Shown: positions 39,776-49,633 of the stretch, piece after piece
Numbering within the stretch: the first letter of the stretch is position 1
Layout of the letters: the number at the start of each line of letters is the position of its first letter
Assembly: GCA_964490075.1 (NCBI GenBank)
Contig: CAZBBK010000014.1
Span: 1 to 64,000 of the forward strand
DNA: 64,000 nt
From: an uncultured Gemmatimonadota bacterium
GTDB taxonomy: Bacteria; GCA-2686955
Direction of reading: 5' to 3'
Program-made: the position numbers and the translations under genes
Notes under the pieces: model-generated
The model's database searches: none
What the model was told of the DNA's origin: nothing
The model's input: only the letters and a program-made list of their open reading frames with translations

Positions 39776-40725
39776 GGTGTGTTCCTCGTACCCGGCGAGC
39801 CGGGCTTGGTGGCGGTCGCCACGAAGACGCCCATCGACGACGCTTCGCTCTCGACCCCTTCGAAAGTGATTTCGGCGAGGCCGGCCGCGGCCAGCCACGC
39901 TCTCATGTCGTGCTCGGAGAGACCGAGCCACTGGTCGGCGAGCTCGTCTCTCATCCACTGGTTGCCGTGGGGCAAAAAGTCCCCCACCAGGATCTTGCCG
40001 CCCGGCGCGACCACCCGCGCCAGCTCGGCCAGCGTCCGTGCCGGATCGGGTGCGTGGTGCAGCACCATATGCGCCAGCGCCTGGTCGGCCTCGCTGTCGG
40101 CCAGCGGCAGATGCTCGATGTCGCCCAGCCGCAGATCGACCGCGGCTCCGGCGACGGCGGCGGCGTCGCGCGCCCGGTCGAGCATCGCCTGGCTGCCGTC
40201 GACCGCGATGATGCGCGTCGCCCGCGCCCCCAGCTCGGGCAAGAGGCGCCCCGTCCCGGTGCCGACATCGGCCACCACGCCGCCCGAGCCGAGACGCTCC
40301 AGCAAGAGCGGCACGCAATCGGGACTGCCGAGGTAGTCGGCCCGCCCGGGACCGCCCGCCGCCGGCGCGACGGCGTCGAAAAAAGCCCGCGAGCGATGGC
40401 GGCGGCGCTCCCAGATCTCGGCCAGGCGCGCCTCACGCTCCGCCGAGCGCTGCTCCCCCAGGCAGGCCAGAGTCTCGGCCACCAGCGGCGCGGGCGGATC
40501 GTTCGCCAGCCGGTAAAAGGCCTCGCGCCCCTCCTTGCGCAGCGCCAGCACTCCGGCGTCGAGCAGAATGCGCAGGTGGCGCGACACCGTGCTCTGCCCC
40601 TGGTCGAGCACGAAGCAGAGCTCGCTCACATTGAGCGAGCCACGGGCCAGCGTCTCGACCAGCGCCAGGCGGGTCGGGTCGGCGAGAGCCTTCAGGATCG
40701 GGAGGGGCGGGGGTGGTGAAATCAT
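39772..40725 (-). CDS. sahR: ArsR-HTH plus SAM-methyltransferase-fold regulator (SahR-type)
   Basis: [48 protein letters not shown]-coupled to ahcY. Confidence 0.85.
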
Positions 40726-40729
40726 CGAC

Positions 40730-40776
40730 TTATCTCGATACGTCGATATATTAGCCTGCGGTCTCGGGGAATGCAA
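40730..40776 (-). promoter_or_regulatory. sahR-ahcY promoter with an overlapping palindromic operator
   Basis: TTGCAT (40776-40771), 17-nt spacer, TAATAT (40753-40748). 20-bp site TTATC-N10-GATAT at 40730-40749. Confidence 0.7.
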
Positions 40777-41298
40777 GTGCGGAGGGGGGCGCTCTGGGGT
40801 TTCGCCATAGGGGTTCGCGTTCCCGGGTCCGATCCCGCGCCCGGCCCCGCGCCCGATGCCCGGGCAATCCCCGCGCAGAGGTCCGGCGGTCATTTCGATG
40901 CGCTGAGCCGCTTCACGCGGAGATTTCGGCCTCTCAGCGATCTCTGCGTTCCTTTCGGTTCATCCCCCGTCGGTCTACGAAACCACCAAAGTAGAATCGG
41001 TTCCACCTCGTTGGCCTGGAGCTCGAGCGACCAGGCATCCGGCCTTCGCCGGAAGGACGGATCCGTGCGGCGCTATTCTGGGTCGCGTCAGAGCGCCATG
41101 ACCTCCTCGCTTCGCCCACTACACTCCGACACTCCAACGAAGGTCGGAATCCACGCTTGCCCGAGGGCCCGGTTCGCGGCGACCTCGATCAGGTGGGGGT
41201 TTTCGACACCATGAGCTCCACCGACCGACACACGCTGCGTCCGGAGATGTCCGCGAGCTCCTCGATCAGCCGCCCTGGGCGAGCGCCCCGCCTGGCTG

Positions 41299-42010
41299 GT
41301 GCGCATCGACGACCACCCCGAGGACACGTCCACGCCGCGCCTGGTGCCGGCCCTGTGCCGGCCGTACAAACGACGGTCCGGATTGCGGGTGGAGAAGTGT
41401 CGTTGGGACCAGTTTCTCGCCGCGCTGGGCCGTCACCACTCGGTCTCTTTTCAGGCCGCCTACGATCTACTCTCCTCCGATGGCTGCCCGAGCCCGCACT
41501 GGCACTGGGAGGTTGGCGAGGAGCTGAGCGAGGGATTGTATCTGCGGGCGCTCGCCGCCCTGGCCGGCAGCCCCCGGGTGTTCGCGAGCGGGCGCGGGCG
41601 CGAGGGCATTCCGATCGTCCTGCGCCGTGCCTCTCTCGCCCTGCGCTGGCACCAGACGGAGGACGGGGAGATCGAGCTGATGCCCCGGGTGGCGGCCCGT
41701 GACCTGGAGCCGCGCGCGCTCTTGAAGGCGGCGCGGGGTGAGCCCGCGGCGGGGATCCTGGCGCTGCGCGACGCGGAGGGCTTGACCCTGGTGGAATCCG
41801 GCGGTCGAGGACCAGGCCACCGACCGCGCCCACCGGATCGGCCAAGAGAGCCCGGTCACGGTCTATCGCCTGGTGGCCCGCGACACGGTCGAGGAGTCGA
41901 TCCTCGCCCTGCACGCGGAAAAGCGCAAGCTGGTGGCCGCTGTTCTCGACGGAAGCGGATCCGCCGCGGCGCTCTCGACGGAGGACCTGGTCGAGCTGCG
42001 CGGCGATCAG
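41299..42010 (+). pseudogene. Internally deleted SNF2-family helicase remnant
   Basis: C-terminal motifs [20 protein letters not shown]...[26 protein letters not shown] start at 41786 right after an in-frame TGA. They are fused out of frame to a putative N-terminal piece. The ATPase core is absent. Confidence 0.8.
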
Positions 42011-42310
42011 CGGGGCAACGGTGTCGATCTCTCGGCCGCGCCGGCGCCGCCGCGGCCGGTGGCGGCATCGAGAGCGCTTGGGGATCATCGTCTTCGACCG
42101 ATCGACGATCGTGGACTGGGGGGGGATGCCATCGGCGGCTCGAAAGATGTAGGACTCGAGAGCATCGCTGCTTCCGCGGGGAATCGCGGCACAAGCCGCG
42201 GCTCTGCAATCCCCGTCGCCACAACAACCCCGGCATTCTCGACCGACCCCGACACAAAGCCCAGCTCCGCGCCCGGAACCGCGAGTCATGACGCCTTTTC
42301 GCGACAGAAT

Positions 42311-42450
42311 TCACCACTCTCGATCGAGAGCGCGGAGCTACGACCGTATGTCCGCCATCACTCGCCGCTCATCGCGATGAACCCGGAGCCACGACCGTAT
42401 TCGCGCCGTACCTCGCGACTCTCGATCGAGAGTGGTGAGTTGTGACCAGA
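42311..42450. repeat. Degenerate 51-bp tandem repeat with a palindromic core
   Basis: Units at 42311, 42362, 42413. Palindrome CTCTCGATCGAGAG at 42317 and 42419. GGAGC[TC]ACGACCGTAT occurs twice, 51 nt apart. Confidence 0.7.
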
Positions 42451-42524
42451 ATCTGGCCGCGACCTCCATGTTACCGTTCGCTTTCTCATCCGCTCTCCCG
42501 CCCCGTCCGACCGGAGCGTCTTTC

Positions 42525-45239
42525 GTGCTACGCCGCAAGTTCCTGGAGCTCTGCATCCGCCTCGCTCTCGAGGCGCGCGCGCGAGTGTTGGCGGCCGGGT
42601 TGGTCCTGACGCTGATCTCGCTGGCGATCGCCTCCGGGCTCGGCATGAACTTCCAGTGGACCGAGATGATGCCGGCCGATTCTCCCCTGGTGATCGGGGT
42701 CGAGCGGGTCCACTCGGAGTTCGCCACCGGCAACTCCTATATCGTGGCGATCACCGCGTCCGAGCGCGGCGCGCTGGAGGCGGCGGTCGACGATGCGGCG
42801 CGCGAGATCGCCAAGATCGACGAGCCCTTGCGCCAGGTGGTGCGCGGCATCTCCGAGGATTTCGCCCTCGACCACGGGCTCGGGACGCTCGACGCGGCCG
42901 ACCTGCGGCGCACCGAGGGGCTGCTCTCCGAGCCCTCGCTGCTGCCCTTCCTGACCCACCTGAACGACCTCTTCGAGGAGGACTACGCCGACGATTCCGA
43001 GCGTCTGTCGGACGACGAGCGCAGCGTGGTGGCGACGCTGCAGGCGGTGGCGGGGCTCGGCGCGGGGCTGGCCGGCGCAGCGGCCGGGGGCGAGGCGCAG
43101 GCCGAGCTGGAGCGGGCGGTGCGCGACTTCAGCAGCGGCGATCCCTACCTGCGCTCGCTCGACGGCGAGATGGCGCTGGTGCTGGTCTCGCCCTACGGCG
43201 AGGTCGGCGACATGACCACCGTGATCCCGGTCGACTACGCGGTCGAGGAGGTCTTCGAAGAGCTGCGGGCGCGCCATCCGGGCGTGGTCTTCGAGCGCAC
43301 CGGGGTGATCCCCATCTCGCGCGACGAGCTCGACTCGCTGGGCGGGCTGACCTACCTGCTCAGCGCGCTGGCGGTGGCGTTGGCCTACGTGCTGCTGGCG
43401 ATCGCCTTCCGCGACCTGAGCACGCCGATCCTGGCCGGGGCGCCGCTGGCGGCCGGCATCGTCTGGTCGCTGGCGGTCTATACCTTCACAGTCGGCGAGC
43501 TGAACATCATGACGGCGGTGATCATGATGGTGCTGACCGGGCTCGGCATCGACTTCTCTATCCACATCGTGGGGCGCTACCAGGAGGAGCGTGCGCGCGG
43601 CGCGGAGCCGGCCGAGGCGCTGCGGCGGACCATGCGCGAGACCGGCGGCGGGGTGGTGACCGGGGGGCTGACCACGGCGATCGCCTTCTTCGTGCTGATG
43701 GTGGCCGAGACCAAGGGGATTCGTGAGTTCGGCTTCTGCGCCGGGATCGGCGTGCTGCTGACGCTGGGCTCGGTGCTGGTGCTCTTGCCGGCGCTGCTCC
43801 TGTGGCGTGACGCGCGACTGCGCTCGCTGGGGCGCGGCTACGCCAGCCGTCCCTTGCCGCTGCTGGGGCGCGTGGCGGCGGGGGTCGGGCGGCGGCCTCT
43901 CCTTTTCTCGGCGCTGGTGATCGCCACGACGGCGCTCGGGGTCTGGCTGGGGGCGACCAATCGCTACGAGTACAACATGCTCGAGCTGGAGCCGGCGGGG
44001 CTGCGCTCGGTCGACCTGCAGCCGGAGATCGTCGAGCGTTTCGGACTGTCGATGGAGGTCGGCTACGTGACCGTGGGCGACGTGGAGAGCTCGCGGGCGC
44101 TGGCGGAGCGCTTCTTGGAGCTCGACTCGGTGGGGGAGGTGGACGATATCTCGCGCTGGCTGCCCTCGCCCGGTGCGGCCGAGCGCTCGGGGGCGACGAT
44201 CCGGCGGATTCGGGAGGCGGCGACGCGCCATGTGGCGGCAGACGCGGCGGCCGGGGCGGACACCGACTCGGCGCGGGTGGCGCTGGCCGAGCAGGTCCGG
44301 CGCCTGCGCGACAACGTGATCGAGATCGGCGACCTGGCCTTCGTCAGCGGCCTCGACCGGATCGCCGAGTCGGCGGCGCGGCTGACCGGGACGGAGCAGC
44401 TCGATGGTCCGCTGGCGCGGCTGGCGGCGCGGTTGAGCGGGGAGGGGACGGTCGACTGGGGGGCCGTGGAGCACTTCGCGCAGCGCTTCGGCAGCTCGCT
44501 GGCGGCGCGGGTGGAGCGCATGACGCGGATCGACCGCGCGGCGACCCTGGCAGACCTGCCTCCCGACGTGTTGAGCCGCTACCAGTCACCCTTCAACGGC
44601 GAGTTTCTGCTCACCATCATGCCCGAGGGCGACATCTACGAGCGCGAGCCGCTGGTGCGCTTTTCCGACGACGTGGCGCGGGTGCACGCCGGCGTGGTCG
44701 GCACGCCGCAGCTGATTCTGTCGATGAACGAGGAGATGCTGCGCGAGGGCATGATCGCCATCCCGGCCGCCTTCGTGGCGATCGCGCTCTTGCTGCTCTG
44801 CGATTTCCGCCGCCCGCTGCCGGCGCTGCTGGCGATGGTGCCCCTGATCGTGGCGACCGCCTGGTCGCTGGGGGCGATGAAGCTCTTCGGGATCGACTAC
44901 AACTTCGTGAATGTGATCGGGATTCCGATCTTGATCGGGATCGGGGTCGACGACGGGGTGCATTTGCTACACCGGCTGCGTCATGGCGGCGGGCTGCGGG
45001 TAGCCGGGGCCGGTGTGGGTCGGGCAATGCTCCTGACCAGCCTGACGACCATGGCAGGCTTTGGGAGCATCGGGCTCTACTCGCACCGGGGCATGGCCTC
45101 GCTGGGGATCGGGCTCTTCATCGGGGTGGCGGCCTGCTTCGCCGCGACCATGCTGGCGCTGCCGCCGCTCTTGCAGTTCTGCGGGGTGGTGGAGCAGCTC
45201 GAAGAGGAGGCGCGCGAGGCGGAGCTGGCCGGGCGATGA
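42525..45239 (+). CDS. MMPL/RND-family transporter (HpnN-like)
   Basis: Two MMPL halves with GLGIDFSIH and GIGVDDGVH, 1+5 TM repeats, large periplasmic domains. GTG start after GGAG is inferred. Confidence 0.88.
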   Translation: MLRRKFLELCIRLALEARARVLAAGLVLTLISLAIASGLGMNFQWTEMMPADSPLVIGVERVHSEFATGNSYIVAITASERGALEAAVDDAAREIAKIDEPLRQVVRGISEDFALDHGLGTLDAADLRRTEGLLSEPSLLPFLTHLNDLFEEDYADDSERLSDDERSVVATLQAVAGLGAGLAGAAAGGEAQAELERAVRDFSSGDPYLRSLDGEMALVLVSPYGEVGDMTTVIPVDYAVEEVFEELRARHPGVVFERTGVIPISRDELDSLGGLTYLLSALAVALAYVLLAIAFRDLSTPILAGAPLAAGIVWSLAVYTFTVGELNIMTAVIMMVLTGLGIDFSIHIVGRYQEERARGAEPAEALRRTMRETGGGVVTGGLTTAIAFFVLMVAETKGIREFGFCAGIGVLLTLGSVLVLLPALLLWRDARLRSLGRGYASRPLPLLGRVAAGVGRRPLLFSALVIATTALGVWLGATNRYEYNMLELEPAGLRSVDLQPEIVERFGLSMEVGYVTVGDVESSRALAERFLELDSVGEVDDISRWLPSPGAAERSGATIRRIREAATRHVAADAAAGADTDSARVALAEQVRRLRDNVIEIGDLAFVSGLDRIAESAARLTGTEQLDGPLARLAARLSGEGTVDWGAVEHFAQRFGSSLAARVERMTRIDRAATLADLPPDVLSRYQSPFNGEFLLTIMPEGDIYEREPLVRFSDDVARVHAGVVGTPQLILSMNEEMLREGMIAIPAAFVAIALLLLCDFRRPLPALLAMVPLIVATAWSLGAMKLFGIDYNFVNVIGIPILIGIGVDDGVHLLHRLRHGGGLRVAGAGVGRAMLLTSLTTMAGFGSIGLYSHRGMASLGIGLFIGVAACFAATMLALPPLLQFCGVVEQLEEEAREAELAGR

Positions 45240-46597
45240 GCGCAGCGGTGGGCGGCGCCCTGGCGGAGCTGCACGTGCATCTCTACGGGTGCATCCGGCC
45301 GGAGGCGTTTCAGCGCCACCTGACGCGCGGCGCCGAGATCGACTGGGAGCCCTACCGGGAGGTCTACCAGGCGGCCTTCGGGTGGCGCCCCGATCCCGGG
45401 GCCCTGGTGGAGCGGCTGCGCGCCGGGGATCCACGGGCGGCCGGCGAGCTGCGCGAGCTCCTGGTGTTCGGCGACGCCGATGGCGGCAGCTTCGAGCGCT
45501 TCCAGGCCAAGTTCGACCTGCTGATCGCCGCCAGCGAGCTGAGTCGGCTGGCGCGCGGGCGCGGCTCGGAATCCGCGCTCGAGAAGGAGGTCGACACCTA
45601 CATGGGCGCGGTGCTGCGCGACCAGGCCGAAGGCGGGGTCGGCCACCTGGAGCTCAGGATGATGCCGCCGGCGGGCGCCGGCCTCGAGCTGACGCGGCGC
45701 CTGCTGGAGCGAATGCTCGACCACGCGGAGCAGGGGGCGGACCGGCTCGGGATCGATGCCACCATCGCTCTCAGCCTGCCGCGCGAGGATCCCTGGCCGA
45801 TGTGGGAGCTGGTCGGGGAGCTGTGCCGGGGAGCGGGAGGGGAGCGGCTCAGCGCGGTCGACTTCTGCGCGGTGGAGGAGGGGCATCCGCCGAAGCGCAA
45901 GGCGGCCTTCTTCGAGGCGCTGCGCGCCCACAACGAGGCCGATCCGGAGCGTGCCCTGGCGATCCTCTACCACGTCAGCGAGAGCTTCGAGGACAAGTCG
46001 CTGGAGAGCGCCCTGCGCTGGGTACAGGAGGCGGCCGAGCTCGGCGCCCATCGCCTCGGCCACGCCCTGGCACTGGGCATCGATCCCGATCACCTCGGCC
46101 CGCACACCCGCTCCGAGCCGGCCGGCGAGCGCGCCGATCAGCTGCGCTACGACCTGCGGCACAACCAGGGCCTGGCGCGTCACGGGGTGCGGGTCGACCG
46201 CGAAGCGGCCGTGGCCGAGCTGGCGCGCCTCGAGACATATTCCGCCGACCGCGCTCTCGAGACCGTCTACGATCCGCCGCGTCTGCACGAGCTGCGCAAG
46301 CGACAGAATTACGCGATGGAGTGCGTGCGACGATCGGGTGCGGTGATCGAGGTCTGCCCCACCTCCAATCGGCGCATCGCCGGGCTCGTCGACGACGCGC
46401 ACCATCCCATCCACCGCTTCCTGGAAGCCGACCTGCCTGTCGTCATTGGCTCCGACGATCCGGGGATCTTCGATACCACGCTGCGCGCTGAGCTCGACTG
46501 GGTGCGACGAACGGCCGGTCTGGCGCCGGAGCAGATGACGGAGCTGGTGCGGCGCGGCTGGGAGTGTCGCAGCGGAGTGTTGGTGGGGCGGGGGTGA
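45236..46597 (+). CDS. Adenosine/AMP deaminase-family amidohydrolase
   Basis: ELHVHLYG, YHVSES, HRLGHA, EVCPTSN, GSDDPG. ATGA overlap with the MMPL gene. Confidence 0.85.
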   Translation: MSAAVGGALAELHVHLYGCIRPEAFQRHLTRGAEIDWEPYREVYQAAFGWRPDPGALVERLRAGDPRAAGELRELLVFGDADGGSFERFQAKFDLLIAASELSRLARGRGSESALEKEVDTYMGAVLRDQAEGGVGHLELRMMPPAGAGLELTRRLLERMLDHAEQGADRLGIDATIALSLPREDPWPMWELVGELCRGAGGERLSAVDFCAVEEGHPPKRKAAFFEALRAHNEADPERALAILYHVSESFEDKSLESALRWVQEAAELGAHRLGHALALGIDPDHLGPHTRSEPAGERADQLRYDLRHNQGLARHGVRVDREAAVAELARLETYSADRALETVYDPPRLHELRKRQNYAMECVRRSGAVIEVCPTSNRRIAGLVDDAHHPIHRFLEADLPVVIGSDDPGIFDTTLRAELDWVRRTAGLAPEQMTELVRRGWECRSGVLVGRG

Positions 46598-46613
46598 GGG
46601 GGCGGCGCAGCAA

Positions 46614-47711
46614 TCAGTTGAGCAACAACGCGACGACCGGCGCCGGCACGGCCCAGACATCGCCGGCCAGATCGACGATCTCTTTCGTTGCCAAGATGCC
46701 GCGACCGTACTTGCCGCGCATCACGAGTGCCTCGCGTCGCCACGCCCGGGACACCCATTTGCTCTCCAGTGGCACGGTCGCGCAGGCTTTCGGCCCGCCG
46801 GTGATTGGAATAGGCGCGAAGTCGACTTCGTTGCCTTTGGCGGTACGTGCGTAGTGCACGGCCCGCTGCTCGACGAAGCGGTCCGGAATGAGGCGATCGA
46901 CAGCTCGTGCGTACTCCAGGGCGAGTTGGCTCTCGGTCAAGAGGGTCGTGTCGGCATCACCGAAGGACGCATCACGGTGTTCCGGAAGCCTGGAAACGAG
47001 GGGATCGATCAGATAGAGCTTTGACTGACTGTTCGGTGCGGCAACCCCGTCTCTACCGAGCTGTCGGCACCAAAAGGCGCCGAATGTCTCGACCAGGCGA
47101 TTGAGTCGGACCTCGAGGCGCCCGCGCGTCGTGGAGAGAGACGCGGCGGTGTCGCGGACATTCAAGGGCGAGCCGCTTCGGCTGAGTAGCTCGCGAAGCA
47201 GACGCGTGACCGAGTCGGGGGGAGCATCAGGATCCACGTCCGCGGTCAGCCACGCTCTCAGGTCGAAAACGAACTCGGCCGAGACGGCACCCCGGTGCAT
47301 CATCTCGCCGACCGCGCGAGGAAAACCGCCGCACTCGAGAAAGCGCTGCCAAGAGAGGTCGAGATCGTCGACGAAGGGCTCCAGAGAGAGGATCGCGCCT
47401 CTTGCGCGGTCGCTCATCAGCGCGTCGGGTGGGACCCTCTCGGGGCTGGGGATCGCGGTGGACGTGATCGCCAGAAACTCCCGGAAGGTCATCGGCAGCA
47501 CCACCCGAAACGGATCCGCAACCCTCGTGCGTCCGGCCCCGAGGGAGCGGCGAGCCTCGGCGAGATCTTTGGCGGACGAACCCGTCAGCACCACGGTGTC
47601 GTACGCCAACTCGGTGTTGTCGCGCAGCTCCTTGATCAGCGGAACCCAGCCGTCGACGGTCGTTACTTCGTCGATCACCCACACCCCTATTGTGCGCATG
47701 GACAGGCACAT
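46614..47711 (-). pseudogene. 5'-truncated AAA_14/DUF4143-type ATPase-nuclease
   Basis: Walker B (VIDEV), LTGSS, GGFP, KLYLIDP, GNEVDF, ESKW are present. No Walker A lies upstream because the frame abuts the phosphohexomutase stop. Confidence 0.7.
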
Positions 47712-47761
47712 GACCGGGGAGCAGTCCCTCTATCAGCGCCCTTGCACCCCCAGGCGAACCC

Positions 47762-49543
47762 TCACTCCAGCCCCAGCCGCTCCATCAACTCCCGCTCCAG
47801 TCGATCCAGCGCCTCCGCAGCGCGCCCGCGCGCCGCGCCCAGTCCGCTCTCGTCGAGCTGCTCTCGTACCTCGAAGTAGAACTTGATCTTCGGCTCGGTC
47901 CCCGAAGGACGCGCGGTGACGGTTGCCGCGCCTTCCAGCTCCCAGCGCAGCACGTTCGACGCAGGCAGAGCGAGCGCGGAGCTGTCGCCGGTGGCGCACA
48001 CCTGGCGCGTGCCCTGGAGGATGTCCCAAATCTCTTCCACTCTCCGCCCGGTCAGGTTCGCCGCCGGATCGGAGCGCAACGAGTCCATCATCGCGGAGAT
48101 TCGCGCCGCTCCTTCCGATCCCGGCAGCACCACCGAACGCTGGCGGGTCAGGTAGAGACCGTGGCGCCGATAGAGTGTCGCCAGTCGATCGAGAAGGGTC
48201 TCGCCGGCGTCGCGCGCACGGGCCGTCAGCTCGGCCATCGCCACCGCGGCACCGATGCCGTCCTTGTCGCGGCAGACCGTGCCGACGGTGTAGCCCAGGG
48301 CCTCCTCGTAGCCGAACACGAAGTCGAGCCCCTCCTGCTCGGCCTCGCGCTCCAGCGCCCGGTTGCCGATCCACTTGAAGCCGGTGAGCACGGTTTCGAA
48401 CTCGGCGCCGTGGTCGTCGGCTATCGGAGCCAGCATGCCCGACGACACGATGCTGTTCATGACGATCTTGGGGCCGGGGCGAACCTTCGCTTCGGCGAGC
48501 AGGAAGTCGGCCAGCAGCACGCCGACCTGGTTGCCGTCGAGCTGCACGCAGGCGCCGTCGGCGGCGCGGGTGATCACCGCCAGGCGGTCGGCGTCGGGAT
48601 CGTTGGCCAGCACCAGGTCGGCGCCGATCCGCTCGGCCAGCGCCAGGGAGAGATCCATCGCCCCCGGCTCCTCCGGGTTCGGGAACTCGACCGTGGGGAA
48701 GTCGCCGTCCGGCTCGGCCTGCTCCGGGACCGTGTACAGCCCGGCGAATCCGGCCCGCCGCAGCGCCCGCTCCGCCAGCTCGCGGCCGACTCCGTGGAGC
48801 GGGGTGTAGACGATCTTCAGGGGATCGTGGCGGCGATCGGCGCCCGGCAACGCGGCGCTCAGCGCCTCGAGGTAGGCCGCCTCGAGCTCGGGACCCGGCT
48901 CCTGGAGATACCCGGCGGCACGCGCGTCGGCCAGATCGAGCATCGGCACCTCGGCCGCGTTGCCGACTCCGCTTTTCCCCAGTCGCTCCAGGTCGGCGTC
49001 GATCGCCGCGGCGATCCCCTGGTCGTGCGGCGGAATGATCTGCGCCCCGTTGCCCCAGTAGACCTTGTAGCCGTTGTCCTGGGGCGGGTTGTGGCTGGCG
49101 GTCACCATGATCGCCGCGCACGCGCCGAGGTGGGTGGTGCCGAAGGCGACCAGGGGGGTGGGGGCGGTGCGGTCGATGAGGATCGCGCGGATTCCGCGCG
49201 CCGCACACACACCGGCGCTGTCGTGCGCCATCTCGCGGCTCAGGTGGCGGCCGTCGAAGCCGATCAGCACCCCGCGTTTCCGGGCGTCGGGGAGCGTCGC
49301 GAGCAGATAGTCGGCCAGGCCGGCGGTGGTCTGACGCACCACCGCCCGGTTCATGCACGCGGGACCGGCGCCGATGGTGCCGCGCAGCCCGGCGGTGCCG
49401 AAGGCCAGACGGCCGGCGAAGCGCTCTTCGAGCTCATCGCGCGAGTCGGGGAGGGCGTCGAGGAGAGCGTCCAGCTCGGCCCGCGCGGTGGGGTCGGGAT
49501 CGTGGTCGCGCCAGGCGCGGACGGCGGCGAGATCGAGAGCCAT
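47762..49543 (-). CDS. Phosphohexomutase (phosphoglucomutase/phosphomannomutase family)
   Basis: FGTAGLRG, TASHNPPQDNGYK, FPNPEE, DPDADR, LTGFKW, YEEALG, DKDG, RPSGTEPKIKFY. Confidence 0.96.
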   Translation of the reverse strand: MALDLAAVRAWRDHDPDPTARAELDALLDALPDSRDELEERFAGRLAFGTAGLRGTIGAGPACMNRAVVRQTTAGLADYLLATLPDARKRGVLIGFDGRHLSREMAHDSAGVCAARGIRAILIDRTAPTPLVAFGTTHLGACAAIMVTASHNPPQDNGYKVYWGNGAQIIPPHDQGIAAAIDADLERLGKSGVGNAAEVPMLDLADARAAGYLQEPGPELEAAYLEALSAALPGADRRHDPLKIVYTPLHGVGRELAERALRRAGFAGLYTVPEQAEPDGDFPTVEFPNPEEPGAMDLSLALAERIGADLVLANDPDADRLAVITRAADGACVQLDGNQVGVLLADFLLAEAKVRPGPKIVMNSIVSSGMLAPIADDHGAEFETVLTGFKWIGNRALEREAEQEGLDFVFGYEEALGYTVGTVCRDKDGIGAAVAMAELTARARDAGETLLDRLATLYRRHGLYLTRQRSVVLPGSEGAARISAMMDSLRSDPAANLTGRRVEEIWDILQGTRQVCATGDSSALALPASNVLRWELEGAATVTARPSGTEPKIKFYFEVREQLDESGLGAARGRAAEALDRLERELMERLGLE

Positions 49544-49633
49544 GGGGATGGTGTTTCTTCTTTGGTAGGTTCAGCTTGCAGGATCGAAGTCGATCATGAG
49601 CGTAGCAAACTCGTCATGATACCCTGCCGCGCC

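Noticed and set aside
41125..41153. Degenerate REP-like hairpin (GACACTCCAACGAAGGTCGGAATCCA)
   Set aside because: A single imperfect copy in the window. Too weak to call without a genome-wide search.
42311..42450. CRISPR array or functional 17-aa protein repeat
   Set aside because: The units are degenerate along their whole length, and the reading frame is only run-through from the SNF2 remnant.
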